64,000 nt of DNA, taken from contig CAWCXJ010000007.1 in assembly GCA_963799485.1 (NCBI GenBank), positions 504,401 to 568,400 on the forward strand. The letters are read 5' to 3'. The notes under the pieces were generated by a model. The model saw only the letters and a program-made list of their open reading frames with translations. It did no database searches and had not been told where the DNA came from. Source of the DNA: an uncultured Trueperaceae bacterium. Its GTDB lineage: Bacteria; Deinococcota; Deinococci; Deinococcales; Trueperaceae. Shown piece by piece: positions 30,264 through 40,240 of this stretch. Numbering within the stretch: position 1 is the stretch's first letter; the number at the start of each line of letters is the position of its first letter. The position numbers and the translations under genes were made by a program.

Positions 30264-31943
30264 TTACCCTTTAGTCGAGTTTCCCGCCACCGCGTCGTGA
30301 GCCGGTGTTTCAGCTTTACTTCCGAGCGCTTCGGTAGCCCGTACCCCGCGTCGCCCGAACTTACGGGCCAGCTCGAGTTCACTCAGTACCAGCGCCGTTG
30401 GTCGCCCGTGCGGGCATGCCCACGGGGTTTCACATCCGGCAAGCGCCTTCAACAAGGTTTGTGCGTCGGTGTGAGCTAGCATGTGGCCCGCTTTAAGTGC
30501 AGGTAAACACGCCAGACGGCCCAAAACGCCTCGCCACGCCTCCTCCGCGCTGCCACGCCCGAGTACGTCGGTAACGACGCCGGCGAGCAGGTCGGGATGC
30601 CCGAGCAAAAAAGCCGGAACCGTTCGGACACGCCAGCGGCCCCCGCCGAAGGGCTCGAGCGCCAATCCCTTAACCGCAAGTTCAGCCTGCCGCGACAGGT
30701 ACGTCGCCTCGTCTTCAGGGGTGAGCGGTAAAAGCTCGGCGTGCGGAAGTTCCACGGGCGGTTCACTCCGGTAGCGTCTTTCCAGCTCTTCAAACAAGAT
30801 GCGTTCGTGAGCTGCGTGCTGATCGACGACCCAGAGCTGCGCCGCGCCCTCGGCGAGCAGGTAAAGCTCACGGTAGCGCCCTAGATAGGTCAGCGCCGGA
30901 AAATTGTGTCGTGGCGCAGCCGTAACGCCCTGCGCCACATTAAAGTCAGGCAAGGCCGGAGCCAATGATACCGTGCTGAGAGCCGCGCTAACCGCGTTTT
31001 GAACAAACGCGGTGACTGCGCCGAGTTGTAAAAACCGGACTCGAGCCTTGTCCGGCGACGTGTTGACCAGCACGGTTTCGGGGGGAGCGTCTAGGTTAAG
31101 CACGCCGACCGGGTAGTGTCCGGCGGGTAACAGCTCTTTATAGGTCGCCAAAACTGCCTTAAGCAGCCCCTCATCCCACTCGACCGGACGACCGTTGACC
31201 GCGAGCAGCAGCCGGTCGCGGCGGGGCCGGGTCAGTTCGGGCCGCGACAAAAGCCCCACCACCCTGTACACGCCGGTTTCGTGGGCAAGTGGTAACAAGC
31301 GGTTTGCCGTCACCGGCCCCCAGACGAACTTCGCCGCTTCAAAAAACGACCCGCCCGCGTAGCTCCAGCGCGTTTCACTGTCGGTTTCCAAGCTTATTTG
31401 CAAGTGTGGGTGATGCAGCAGGTAACGGTTGAGGAGCCCCACGGCGCGTTTAGCTTCGGCAGCGGGGGACTCGAGCGCTTCAAAGCGTGCCGGCAGCCGC
31501 GCGAAAAGTCCTGTTACGGCCGCACACGTTCCGTTCGGGGCCGGATGGCTGCGGGTCGTTACGGCGTCCCCTTCCGCCAACAGCGTAACCCCGCCGAGCT
31601 GACCGGCGGGGCGGCTGGTGAGGGACAACGTGCCCGCGTGCCGCACCGCAAAGAGCCCTTCACCGCGAAAACCGAGCGTGCGAATAGCTGTCAGCGACGT
31701 AAGCTTCGAGGTGCTGTGCGCGTCGGCGGCGAGCGGCAGTTCGTGTTCGGGAATGCCTGCGCCGTTGTCGCGCACTGTAATACGCCGGGTACCGCCGGCC
31801 TCGAGTTCCACCGAAAGCCGCGTCGCCCCGGCGTCGAGGGCGTTCTCCAAAAGTTCTTTCACTACGTCAACAGGGGCGGTGACGACCTCACCGGCGGCGA
31901 TTTCGCGGATGATTTCGGGAGGCAGCTGGCGAATTGCGGTCAT
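30264..31943 (-). CDS. mutL: DNA mismatch repair endonuclease MutL
   Basis: IAAGEV, KELLENALDAGA, GFRGEGL, DQHAAHER, CPHGRP. Confidence 0.97.
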   Translation of the reverse strand: MTAIRQLPPEIIREIAAGEVVTAPVDVVKELLENALDAGATRLSVELEAGGTRRITVRDNGAGIPEHELPLAADAHSTSKLTSLTAIRTLGFRGEGLFAVRHAGTLSLTSRPAGQLGGVTLLAEGDAVTTRSHPAPNGTCAAVTGLFARLPARFEALESPAAEAKRAVGLLNRYLLHHPHLQISLETDSETRWSYAGGSFFEAAKFVWGPVTANRLLPLAHETGVYRVVGLLSRPELTRPRRDRLLLAVNGRPVEWDEGLLKAVLATYKELLPAGHYPVGVLNLDAPPETVLVNTSPDKARVRFLQLGAVTAFVQNAVSAALSTVSLAPALPDFNVAQGVTAAPRHNFPALTYLGRYRELYLLAEGAAQLWVVDQHAAHERILFEELERRYRSEPPVELPHAELLPLTPEDEATYLSRQAELAVKGLALEPFGGGRWRVRTVPAFLLGHPDLLAGVVTDVLGRGSAEEAWRGVLGRLACLPALKAGHMLAHTDAQTLLKALAGCETPWACPHGRPTALVLSELELARKFGRRGVRATEALGSKAETPAHDAVAGNSTKG

Positions 31944-31945
31944 GA

Positions 31946-34471
31946 TCAGCCTACAGGCGTCAGGCCGCGGGCGCGGTCTCTAAGTTTGTGGAGCAGCGCG
32001 AGCGCCTCGAGCGGCGACAAACGGTTCAAGTCTTGGGTCAGGAGCGCCTCGACGACCTCTTGGGCCGAATCCTGACCGCGCGCCTCGAGCCCTGCCAAAA
32101 CCGAACGCGCCCGCTCCAACACGCCTGCCGGAACCCCGGCAAGTTGGGCGACCGCGAGCCCGTAAGCCTTCGACGCCGGTCCCGGCAACACCTGATGGTA
32201 AAAGGTCAGTCCGCCCGCCTCTTCTTTGGCGGCGACGTGAAAATTACGCACCGCGCCGAGTTTGCTCTCCAACGCCGTAAGTTCAAAGTAGTGGGTGGCA
32301 AAAAGGACATATGAACCCGTACACGCCTCGAGGTGTTCGGCTGCCGCCCATGCGAGGGCCAAACCGTCAAAGGTGCTCGTCCCACGCCCGATTTCGTCGA
32401 GCAGCACCAGGCTTTTCGGCGTTGCGTGCTGCAAAATCGTGGCGAGTTCGCTCATCTCGACCATAAAGGTGCTGCGCCCCCCGGCAATATCGTCCGACGC
32501 GCCGATACGGGTGTAGATGCGTTCAAACAGCGGCAACACCGCTCGTTCTGCCGGAACGAACGAACCGACCTGGGCAAGCAGCGCAATCAGCGCGGCCTGC
32601 CGTAAATACGTCGATTTACCCGACATGTTCGGCCCGGTCAGAATGATGAGGCGTTCGCTTTCCGAGAGTTGCAAGTCATTCGGGATAAACGGGTGAAACC
32701 GTTCGACGACCGGGTGACGGCCCCCTTCGATGCTCAGCACCCCATCCGAAAAGCTCGGGCGGCAGTAGCGGCCTTCGGCGGCGACTTCGGCAAGGGCGCT
32801 GTAGGTGTCCAACTCGGCTAGCGCTGCGCCGAGTTCGCGCACGGCGTCGGCAGCGGGGGCGAGACCGGCGCGGAGTTCACCGAAAACGGCGTATTCGCGG
32901 CCCCGCGCGGCGGTTTCGGCCCGTAAAATCTCACGCTCGCGTTCGCGCAGGTCGGGCCGGACGTAGCGCTGGCGGTCTTTAAGGGTTTGCACGGCGCGGT
33001 AGCTCTCCGGTACGGCGTCGTAGTAGGGGCGGGTAACTTCCAGGTAGTACCCGAACACGCCGTTAAAGCCGATTTTGAGGGTAGGAATGCCGGTGGCGGC
33101 GCGTTCACCGGCCTCGAGCGCGGCAATCCACGCTCGCCCCGCTTCGGCGGCGGCGCGGAGCGTGTCGAGTTCGCTGTCGAAGCCGCTCTGAATCAGGCCG
33201 CCTTCGGTCAGTTTGAGCGGCGGATTTTCCACGAGTGCGGCGCTGATGCGCTCGTAGGTGGCCCCCAACCCGTGCAACCGTTCGGCGAGGGCTTGGAGCG
33301 CGCCTTCGCTGCGTCCGGCAAGCAACGTTTTAAGTTCCGGAACGAGCGCCAGGCTGCGTGCCAGCGCGCAGAGGTCCCTAGCGTTGGCGCGGCCCGTGAC
33401 GAGTTTCGAGGCGAGGCGCTCCAAGTCGTGCAGTTTGTAGAGCGCTTTTCTGACCTCACGCCGTAAAACGGTGTCCCGCACAAACGCTTCTACGGCGTCT
33501 TGGCGGCGGCTAATCAGCGGTTCTTCCAGGAGCGGATGCCGCAACCACGCCCGCAAGAGCCTGCGTCCGGGCGCGGTGCGGGTCGTATCCAAAATGCTTA
33601 GCAAAGTGCGAGCTTCGCTGCTCGGGGTTGGCGTGTTGGCGGAGAAGACCTCGAGCGTCGCCAGAGCCGTTTCCCCGACCTGCATATACGCGCTCGGGTC
33701 GTACCGTAAAAAGCGCGTCACCTGCGCGAGTTGTCCGCGCTGCGTGGTCAGGGCGTAGGACAAAACCGCACCGGCAGCGCGCAAGAGGGCGTCGTCGGCT
33801 CCCGGCGGCACCGCGCCGAAGTGCCCGGAAAGCGTACTTTGCGCCTCGTCTTCACCGAAACGCCCGCGCGTGAGCATCACCGCAAAACGTTCGCTGCACG
33901 CTTCCCGGAAATCCTCCTGCGCGTACAACTCGGGGGCGAGCAGCAGCTCGGCGGGGCGGTAACGGCGCAGTTCGTCGAACAGGGCGCTTTTGCTGTACAA
34001 GAGCGTGCCGCGAAACTCTCCCGTCGTTACGTCTAAAAAGGTCAGGCCGTAGCCTTCGCCGGTCGCTACGGCAGCCAAATAGTTCGCGTCGGGCCGTAAA
34101 AGCTTTTCGTCCGTGACCGTACCGGGCGTGATGAGCTGCGTGACCTCACGTTTGACGAGGCCGTCGGCGGTTGCCGGGGTTTCGGTCTGATCGGCAACGG
34201 CCACGCAGATATTTTGCCGTAAAAGTTTTTCCAGGTAAGCGTCCGCGCTCCGCACCGGAATCCCGGCCATCGGGGTCGTAAAGTCTTTGCTCGTTTTATG
34301 CGTCAGGGTAATGCTGATGGCGCGGGCAAAGCGCTCGGCGTCTTCACCGAAAGTCTCGTAAAAATCGCCGACTTGAAACAGCAGCAGGTAATCCGGGTAG
34401 CGTTCGCGCAGCTCGGTGTACTGCACCAAAAGCGGTGGTAGCGGCCCCTGGCCCTCGCCTTTAAGCGTCAT
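31946..34471 (-). CDS. mutS: DNA mismatch repair protein MutS
   Basis: GDFYETFGEDA, TGPNMSGKSTY, STFMVEM, DEIGRGT. Confidence 0.98.
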   Translation of the reverse strand: MTLKGEGQGPLPPLLVQYTELRERYPDYLLLFQVGDFYETFGEDAERFARAISITLTHKTSKDFTTPMAGIPVRSADAYLEKLLRQNICVAVADQTETPATADGLVKREVTQLITPGTVTDEKLLRPDANYLAAVATGEGYGLTFLDVTTGEFRGTLLYSKSALFDELRRYRPAELLLAPELYAQEDFREACSERFAVMLTRGRFGEDEAQSTLSGHFGAVPPGADDALLRAAGAVLSYALTTQRGQLAQVTRFLRYDPSAYMQVGETALATLEVFSANTPTPSSEARTLLSILDTTRTAPGRRLLRAWLRHPLLEEPLISRRQDAVEAFVRDTVLRREVRKALYKLHDLERLASKLVTGRANARDLCALARSLALVPELKTLLAGRSEGALQALAERLHGLGATYERISAALVENPPLKLTEGGLIQSGFDSELDTLRAAAEAGRAWIAALEAGERAATGIPTLKIGFNGVFGYYLEVTRPYYDAVPESYRAVQTLKDRQRYVRPDLREREREILRAETAARGREYAVFGELRAGLAPAADAVRELGAALAELDTYSALAEVAAEGRYCRPSFSDGVLSIEGGRHPVVERFHPFIPNDLQLSESERLIILTGPNMSGKSTYLRQAALIALLAQVGSFVPAERAVLPLFERIYTRIGASDDIAGGRSTFMVEMSELATILQHATPKSLVLLDEIGRGTSTFDGLALAWAAAEHLEACTGSYVLFATHYFELTALESKLGAVRNFHVAAKEEAGGLTFYHQVLPGPASKAYGLAVAQLAGVPAGVLERARSVLAGLEARGQDSAQEVVEALLTQDLNRLSPLEALALLHKLRDRARGLTPVG

Positions 34472-34521
34472 GGCTCTATGATACCGCCCTGTCAGCTCGA
34501 GCTCTACTTGCGTAGGACGCT

Positions 34522-35379
34522 TTAGAGTGCTTCAGCTAGTGAGGCGCCTTTACGGACTTCGACCTCGACCTCGAGCCCTGCCCCGCCCCCACCGCGCCTG
34601 AGCCCCCGTACCGGCGGCAGGTCGTCGTAATCACGTCCGTAGCCGATCTTGACGTGTGCTTCAGTGACCGGGCAGCCGTTGGTGGGGTCGAAGCCCACCC
34701 AGCCGTTGCCCGGCAAAAATGCCTCGACCCAGGCGTGCGACGCTTCTGTGCCGATAAGCGTTTCGTCGCCGCGTGGGTTCGAGTGGATATAACCCGAGAC
34801 GTAACGCGCCGGAATCCCCGAGGCGCGGCACAAGGCGAGCATGGCGTGGGCGAAGTCCTGACACACGCCTGAACTGTGCTGCGCGAACTCGGTCAGCGGC
34901 GTATTGACGTCGGTGGCAGAGGGCGAGTAGCGAAAACGCCCGTGTAGATATGTGTTCATCGCAGCTAGATAACTTACGAGCCCGGAACCGGAGGTAAGCG
35001 GCAGCGCTCCGAACGCCCGGTGCCAGTTTTCGTTTAGGGGCACCCGCAAGGTCGGCGCGAGGTACTCGAAAAAGCGGTGCCGCAAGTCGGGCAGGACTTC
35101 AGCTGAGACCTCGAGCGGTGTCGGAACCGGATAGGTCACAACCGCCGAAGTCGCTTCGATACAGAGTTCGTTGTGGTCGTTCGGCAGGTGAAAGTGATAG
35201 ATCAGGTTGCCGAACTGGTCGCGGCGCTCTCTGACCGTAACGTTGGGTGAAATCTGCAAATTAAACGCCAAGAGCGTCTGCCGGTAATCGTCGGCGGGGC
35301 GCAGCCACACTTCGTTAAACGAGTCCCAGGCGGGCCGCGCGTAGCGGTAGGTGGTGGTGTGCCGGACGTTCAGATACAT
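34522..35379 (-). CDS. Transglutaminase-like family protein
   Basis: HTTTYRY N-domain; GVCQDFAH, HAWVE, FDPTN triad; start at ATG 35379. Confidence 0.92.
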   Translation of the reverse strand: MYLNVRHTTTYRYARPAWDSFNEVWLRPADDYRQTLLAFNLQISPNVTVRERRDQFGNLIYHFHLPNDHNELCIEATSAVVTYPVPTPLEVSAEVLPDLRHRFFEYLAPTLRVPLNENWHRAFGALPLTSGSGLVSYLAAMNTYLHGRFRYSPSATDVNTPLTEFAQHSSGVCQDFAHAMLALCRASGIPARYVSGYIHSNPRGDETLIGTEASHAWVEAFLPGNGWVGFDPTNGCPVTEAHVKIGYGRDYDDLPPVRGLRRGGGGAGLEVEVEVRKGASLAEAL

Positions 35380-35476
35380 ACCTTGAGGGAGTATAGCAAG
35401 GGTTTTCGGCAAACCTCTGCAATCTGTACAGGCGTCCCGCAAACCTTTTGCGCCTTGTAAATCCGACCGTGATACG

Positions 35477-35622
35477 GGTTGTTTATCCTATTGGCGATTA
35501 CCTACATCCGCTACCGCTACCTGAAAAGCCCGCGCGGACAAACTATCTTGCAAGTTATTGTCGGGGACAGCAGCGTTTCTGGGATCGGTTTTTTACTCGG
35601 ACAACTCGGCGCGGGCGCGTAA
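35477..35622 (+). pseudogene. C-terminal remnant of a membrane protein (possibly VIT1/CCC1-like)
   Basis: Manual translation GLFILLAITYIRYRYLKSPRGQTILQVIVG...GIGFLLGQLGAGA*; no 5' part. Confidence 0.35.
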
Positions 35623-35652
35623 AATGACGCTTGAGGCGCGTTAAACTGCCCT

Positions 35653-36453
35653 ATGGAACTCTACTTGGGCACGGGCGGCTACAGTAACGACGACTGGAAC
35701 GGTATCTTTTACCCTGAAGACGCCAAATCGTCGCAGTATTTAGGGCTTTACGCCGAACACTTCAACGCCGTTGAACTCAACAGCAGCTTCTACAACATCC
35801 CCGGCGTCAAGGCGTTTGCGGGCATGGTTAAAAAGAGTTCGGGTCGGGTGCGTTTCGCCGTAAAACTGCCGAGTACGATGACGCACAGCCGTGACGCCGA
35901 CGCTGAACTTTACCAGCGGCTTTTTGAGTCGGTCGAGCCGCTCCGTGAGGCTGGGATGCTGGGGCCGTTTCTGGCGCAGTTTCCGTATTCGTTTCACCGG
36001 ACACCGGAAAACCGGGTGTATCTCAAATCCTTGACCGACCGTTTTACCGACGCAGGGGAGGCGCTCGCTGTCGAGTTTCGCACTGCCGACTGGCACCTCC
36101 CAGAAGTTTACGACGCGCTCCGTCAGAGCGGCCTCATCGCTGTAAGCGTAGACTATCCGCCGCTGCCGAACATGCCCAAGCCGGTGCTGCTCGAGACCTC
36201 GAGCACCGCCTACCTCCGCCTGCACGGGCGCAACGAAAAGACCTGGTACGGCGGCAAAAGTGCGGCTGAGCGGCACGACTATCTGTACAGCAAAGACGAG
36301 CTTCAGCCGTGGGTCAGCGCAGTCGCTGAGAGTGGACTCGAGCAGGTCTATATCATGTTCTTAAACACCACCAAAGGTCACGCGCTTAAAAACCTCAAGA
36401 TGATAGCTGAGCTTTTTGATGACGTGGGGCTCGAGGCTCCTATCTCGTTATAG
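35653..36453 (+). CDS. DUF72 family protein
   Basis: GTGGYS, AVELNSSFY, LAQFP, YLRLHGRN, YLYS. Confidence 0.92.
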   Translation: MELYLGTGGYSNDDWNGIFYPEDAKSSQYLGLYAEHFNAVELNSSFYNIPGVKAFAGMVKKSSGRVRFAVKLPSTMTHSRDADAELYQRLFESVEPLREAGMLGPFLAQFPYSFHRTPENRVYLKSLTDRFTDAGEALAVEFRTADWHLPEVYDALRQSGLIAVSVDYPPLPNMPKPVLLETSSTAYLRLHGRNEKTWYGGKSAAERHDYLYSKDELQPWVSAVAESGLEQVYIMFLNTTKGHALKNLKMIAELFDDVGLEAPISL

Positions 36454-36525
36454 ATTTTTTTACCGACCGACTGCGGGCTCACGCTGCCGGTCTAACCCGA
36501 CCGCGACCTCGAGCAAAATCTCCCG

Positions 36526-37070
36526 GGTGATGGCTCATTAGAGACTGATAGCCGCACGTTCAAGGTTGTAGCGAACTAAGGTTGTAGCGGACTAAGAACA
36601 GCTGTAGACACATCAGGTGCAGGTGTTCTGACTTGGAAAAGGCTAGGGTTTTTCGAACAAAGCGAGCCAGACGTTGGCGAATGGGGTTGTCAAAACGTTC
36701 AACGTGGGCGGTTAGACCCGAGTCCTTGCCTACAGCCTGGTGTTGTTTGTCAAAGAGCACAGCCTGATAAGCTTCCCGGAAGTCGCTGAACACGGTACCT
36801 TGTTTGTAGTAGGAATGCTGCTCCACAGCTTGCGGCAGGTAGCGACGCCGCGTCCACCTGTGACAAGCACAGCGACCTGTTTGGCTTGTTTGCAAACCGC
36901 TAACCAGACCCACCGTTTGGTGTGTTTGCGGTGCACGAATGACCAAAGTGCCCCAAACGAAGTGGCAGGGTACATTTCATCAAGTTCGAGTTGAACCGCT
37001 TCAGGCTTGTCGGGCGTGATAAGTGTGGTACTGAGCGGCGGAGTCGTCTCGGCTTTTTTTAAGCCACTTC
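36526..37070 (-). mobile_element. Decayed IS1-family element (InsB part, frameshifted; InsA deleted)
   Basis: ELDEM..WSFV, WVWLAV, SDFREAY, HVERFDNPIRQRLARFVRKTLAFSKS across two frames; A7 slippery run near 37054-37060; GGTGATG end at 36526. Confidence 0.85.
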
Positions 37071-37092
37071 GCTTTTCGGTGTACAACTATCT

Positions 37093-37488
37093 ATGACTGC
37101 AACGCCAAATCCACCCGAGGACCTGCTCGCGGCTGCTAAAACTGCCCACCGAAATGCCTACGCGCCCTACTCCGGCTTTCACGTCGGTGCGGCGCTACGG
37201 GCCGAGAGCGGCAAGGTCTACGCGGGCGCAAACATCGAAAACGCGTCCTACGGCCTCGGGCGCTGCGCGGAACAGTCGGCGATTCAGGCCATGGCGTCGG
37301 CGGGAGAGCGGCAGTTTAGTGAAATCGTCGTCTACACCACCGCCGCCGAACCTGCGAGTCCTTGCGGGGCGTGCCGCTTGCCGAACCGGGTCAGGACACG
37401 CGCCGGGTCGCGGTCAGCGGCACGCTGCAGAACCCGGCGGACTTGCTCGGCAAGGTCGTCGATACTGTTATGCAGGAACTCGCGCTGA
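37093..37488 (+). pseudogene. cdd: Cytidine deaminase truncated after PCGACR and fused to unrelated sequence
   Basis: [29 protein letters not shown]; the expected Q.L.EF continuation is missing after ~37377. Confidence 0.8.
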
Positions 37489-37804
37489 ACGTCTCCCCGA
37501 AGACCAGGCGGAGCTTGACGCCGTAATCGCGCAAACCCCGGCCCTGAGTACCGGCACGAACAAAAGCGGCAAGTCGTAAACCGTGTTGTGCGCTCTGAAG
37601 TCTTTGACCTCCAGCAGCTACGCACGATGACTCGGATCGTTCCTGTTTCGTTTTTCATCTCTTACATGATAAAAGCCTGCCTCCCAGGGGGGTAGCCTTG
37701 CATTAGGCGCTGTCAAGCGTTAAACTTTCTTAGTAGTCAAGTGGTCTAAAACGACTTTAGGACCACAGGCGCAGTAAAAGTATATGTAGAGCGGTAAAAC
37801 ACTT

Positions 37805-37881
37805 CGGGGTGTAGCGCAGCCTGGTAGCGCACTTGACTGGGGGTCAAGTGGTCGCATGTTCAAATCATGTCACCCCGACCA
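37805..37881 (+). tRNA. tRNA-Pro (GGG)
   Basis: 77-nt cloverleaf: CGGGGTG/CACCCCG acceptor stem, CTTGA-CTGGGGG-TCAAG anticodon arm, GTTCAAATC T-loop, CCA end. Confidence 0.97.
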
Positions 37882-37904
37882 CAAATAAAAGCGTTCTAGA
37901 CGCA

Positions 37905-37938
37905 AAAAAAGTAGAGGTGCCATTGCCTCTACTTTTTT
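37905..37938. terminator. Bidirectional intrinsic terminator between the tRNA and integrase
   Basis: AAAAAAGTAGAGG-tgccattg-CCTCTACTTTTTT. Confidence 0.85.
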
Positions 37939-37949
37939 CATTGCCGCGT

Positions 37950-37971
37950 CTGACCACAATACTGACCACAA
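37950..37971. repeat. Tandem CTGACCACAA repeats, probable integrase arm-type sites
   Basis: 10-bp copies at 37950-37959 and 37962-37971, between the tRNA and the integrase 3' end. Confidence 0.6.
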
Positions 37972-38176
37972 CTAGGTGCAAAAGGCTAGTTCGGCACGCT
38001 CAACTGCTGAGGCGAACCCGACCTAAGTGCTCCTTGCAACAAATTGGCAAGACCGAGCGCTGCTTGGCTGCGCTGCTCGTCGTAGAGGTGTTGATAAACG
38101 TTTCGGGTAAAGCCGGGGTTGGTATGCCCGAGCCGCTCACTGACCACCCCGATGTCAATGCCGTTTTTTATTAATA

Positions 38177-39059
38177 ACCTCGAGTGCTAGTAGAAAAGGG
38201 GTAAAAGATGAGAGAAGATAGGTCATGCGAACCGTTGATCTTCTCTCAAAGCATAATGTAACAGACCTTTTCACAATCGTATATGTCCTGATAGACGACT
38301 ATCTACAAGCCTCAGAACGCTTAGGACGCTTCAAGTTGCCTAAAAAGCGCCAACAAAAATCCAGCTACGCCGAGTTGCTCACCATTGTTCTGGTCGGCGA
38401 GATACTTCAGCAGAAAAATCAAGGCTTGTGGTACTTGCTGGTGCAGCGTGAATACGGCGCTTTGTTCCCCGACCTGCCTCATATCACACGTTTTTACCGA
38501 GTGAGCCGTAACTTCGAACGCATCTATGCGGACTTAGCTATGCTGATTGCTCAGCATGATGGGGTGTAGCTGGTCGACTCCAAGCCGCTGCCTATCTGCA
38601 AGGGTGTTCGCTACCCAAGACCAAGAAGGATGACCGAAGCTACCTCTGGACGCGGTGGGGCAACCAAACGCTTCTACGGCTTTAAACTTCACGCCGTTTG
38701 CACGGGTCAGGGTGCTAGCTGTCGTTTTGCCATCGTGCCAGCCAATGAAAGTGATGTCACCGTGGGCAAGTGTCTCTTGGACGCTTCTGGCGATGACCTA
38801 AACAGCATCATCGGCGACAAAGGCTATCAGGGTTTAGGCATCTACACCCCACCCAAGCAAAACGCCAAAGAACCCGGCTGCTGGTGTGACTTCTTCGCTC
38901 GTGCCAGAAAGTCTGTCGAGGCTGTTTTCTCCTCACTCGCAAGATGTCGCAATATTGCCTTGCAACAGCTCAACTCTTTTTGGAGCATTCGTGCCAGTGT
39001 CTGCCGCAAAGTCGCGGCTCACAACCTCATCCTGTTTCTGTTCGACTAGCACCCGAGGT
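38177..39059 (+). mobile_element. IS982-family element, copy 1 (883 bp)
   Basis: Terminal IRs ACCTCGAGTGCTAGT / ACTAGCACCCGAGGT; 5-bp TSD TAATA (38172-38176, 39060-39064). Confidence 0.92.
38225..39049 (+). pseudogene. IS982 DDE transposase with in-frame TAG at 38567-38569
   Basis: ORFs 38225 and 38630 are in the same frame; read-through gives GV*LVDSKPLPIC, FYGFKLH, GDKGY, RKSVEAVFS. Confidence 0.88.
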
Positions 39060-40023
39060 TAATAGGCTAGCGTGCGTGTGACGTAAACCGTGGATGCCTA
39101 TGCTCGTCACGGCAATACCTTTGACAAGGCGCTCGAACACACGTGAAAGGTTGCGCGGGTTGAGATACGTGCCGAGTTGCGACGGGAATACGAGATCAAA
39201 GTCAGACCATGCCTGACCAAAATACTCTTGCTCTTCTTTTAGACGGTCACGGTGGTTTAGCAAAACTTGAATGTCGTCTTCTTGAACGCGAATGCTGCGG
39301 CGCGACGCTTTTGTTTTTGGTTCACCAGCATGAACCGTTCCGTGAACATCGACAGCATTGCGGCGCACGTAGATACACTGTTTAACGACTTCAACGTCTT
39401 GCCAGCGTAGCGCAACTAGCTCGCCGCGCCTCATACCGGTAACGACCGCAGTATAGAAAAGACCATAAAGGCGGTGAGGTTGCGCGTGGGCCAAAAAGCA
39501 CGCTACCTCGTCGGCAGTCCAGTAGGCCACCTCAGGTTTAATTTGCTTCGGAACTTTGACGGACTCAAGCACATTACGACCAACCAGTTCCCACGCTACG
39601 GCCTGCTTTAGCGCGCCGTACAGACTGCGGTGGGCCACTTGTACGCTCCGGGGCGAAAGACCCTCTCTAAGCATATGAGTATAAATCTGGTCAATATGAA
39701 GTGGCGTGATCTTGTCTAAACGCTGCTTATAAAGCGCCTTGAACTTGCCCAAACCGTACTTATACTGCTGGTAAGTATTTTCACTCACCGCATCTCGTTC
39801 ACGTTTGAGCTCGAGCCAGCGTTCGACAAGCATTTCGAGCGTCATGGACTGCGGCTTAAGAATGATGCCCCCATGTCGTTTGGCCTGAAAGTCCTGAAAC
39901 TGCTTCTTAGCCTCACCCTGCGTTTTGCCGTAAAAAGATTTGCGAAAGGGCGACCCGTCAGGCTTGACACCCACCATGACTTTGTACTCCCAGCGCCCGT
40001 CACTCCGCTGTCTACAGGTACCT

Positions 40024-40200
40024 TCACCGTTTGCCCGTTTGCCCATCGCCTTCTCCTTTTTCGTAACGGTCTAAAAACGCTTCCAACGCCTTTTCAACAA
40101 CTGAGGTGCGAGCAGGCGGAACCGGCTGCTGTTCACGCCAAGCATCTAGGCGTGCTAACAGAGCTTCTTCAACACGCAAGCCTAGTGGAACTTTTGCCAT
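40024..40200 (-). CDS. Ribbon-helix-helix DNA-binding protein
   Basis: VPLGLRVEEALLARLDAW...RTSVVEKALEAFL; TATAAT-N7-ATG. Confidence 0.75.
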   Translation of the reverse strand: MAKVPLGLRVEEALLARLDAWREQQPVPPARTSVVEKALEAFLDRYEKGEGDGQTGKR

Positions 40201-40240
40201 AGTCATCATTATACATGTACGACATAACTATACAAAACCG

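Larger units (their letters stand above)
37986..40046 (-). pseudogene. Tyrosine integrase interrupted by IS982
   Basis: MGKRANGEG..., TGMRRGEL, HGLRHTHASLL; removing the IS and one TAATA restores LLIKNGIDIGVVSERLGHTNPGFTRNVYQH...* (stop at 37988-37986). Confidence 0.93.

Noticed and set aside
37833..38174. 113-aa plus-strand ORF
   Set aside because: Overlaps the tRNA and is antisense to the displaced integrase C-terminus.
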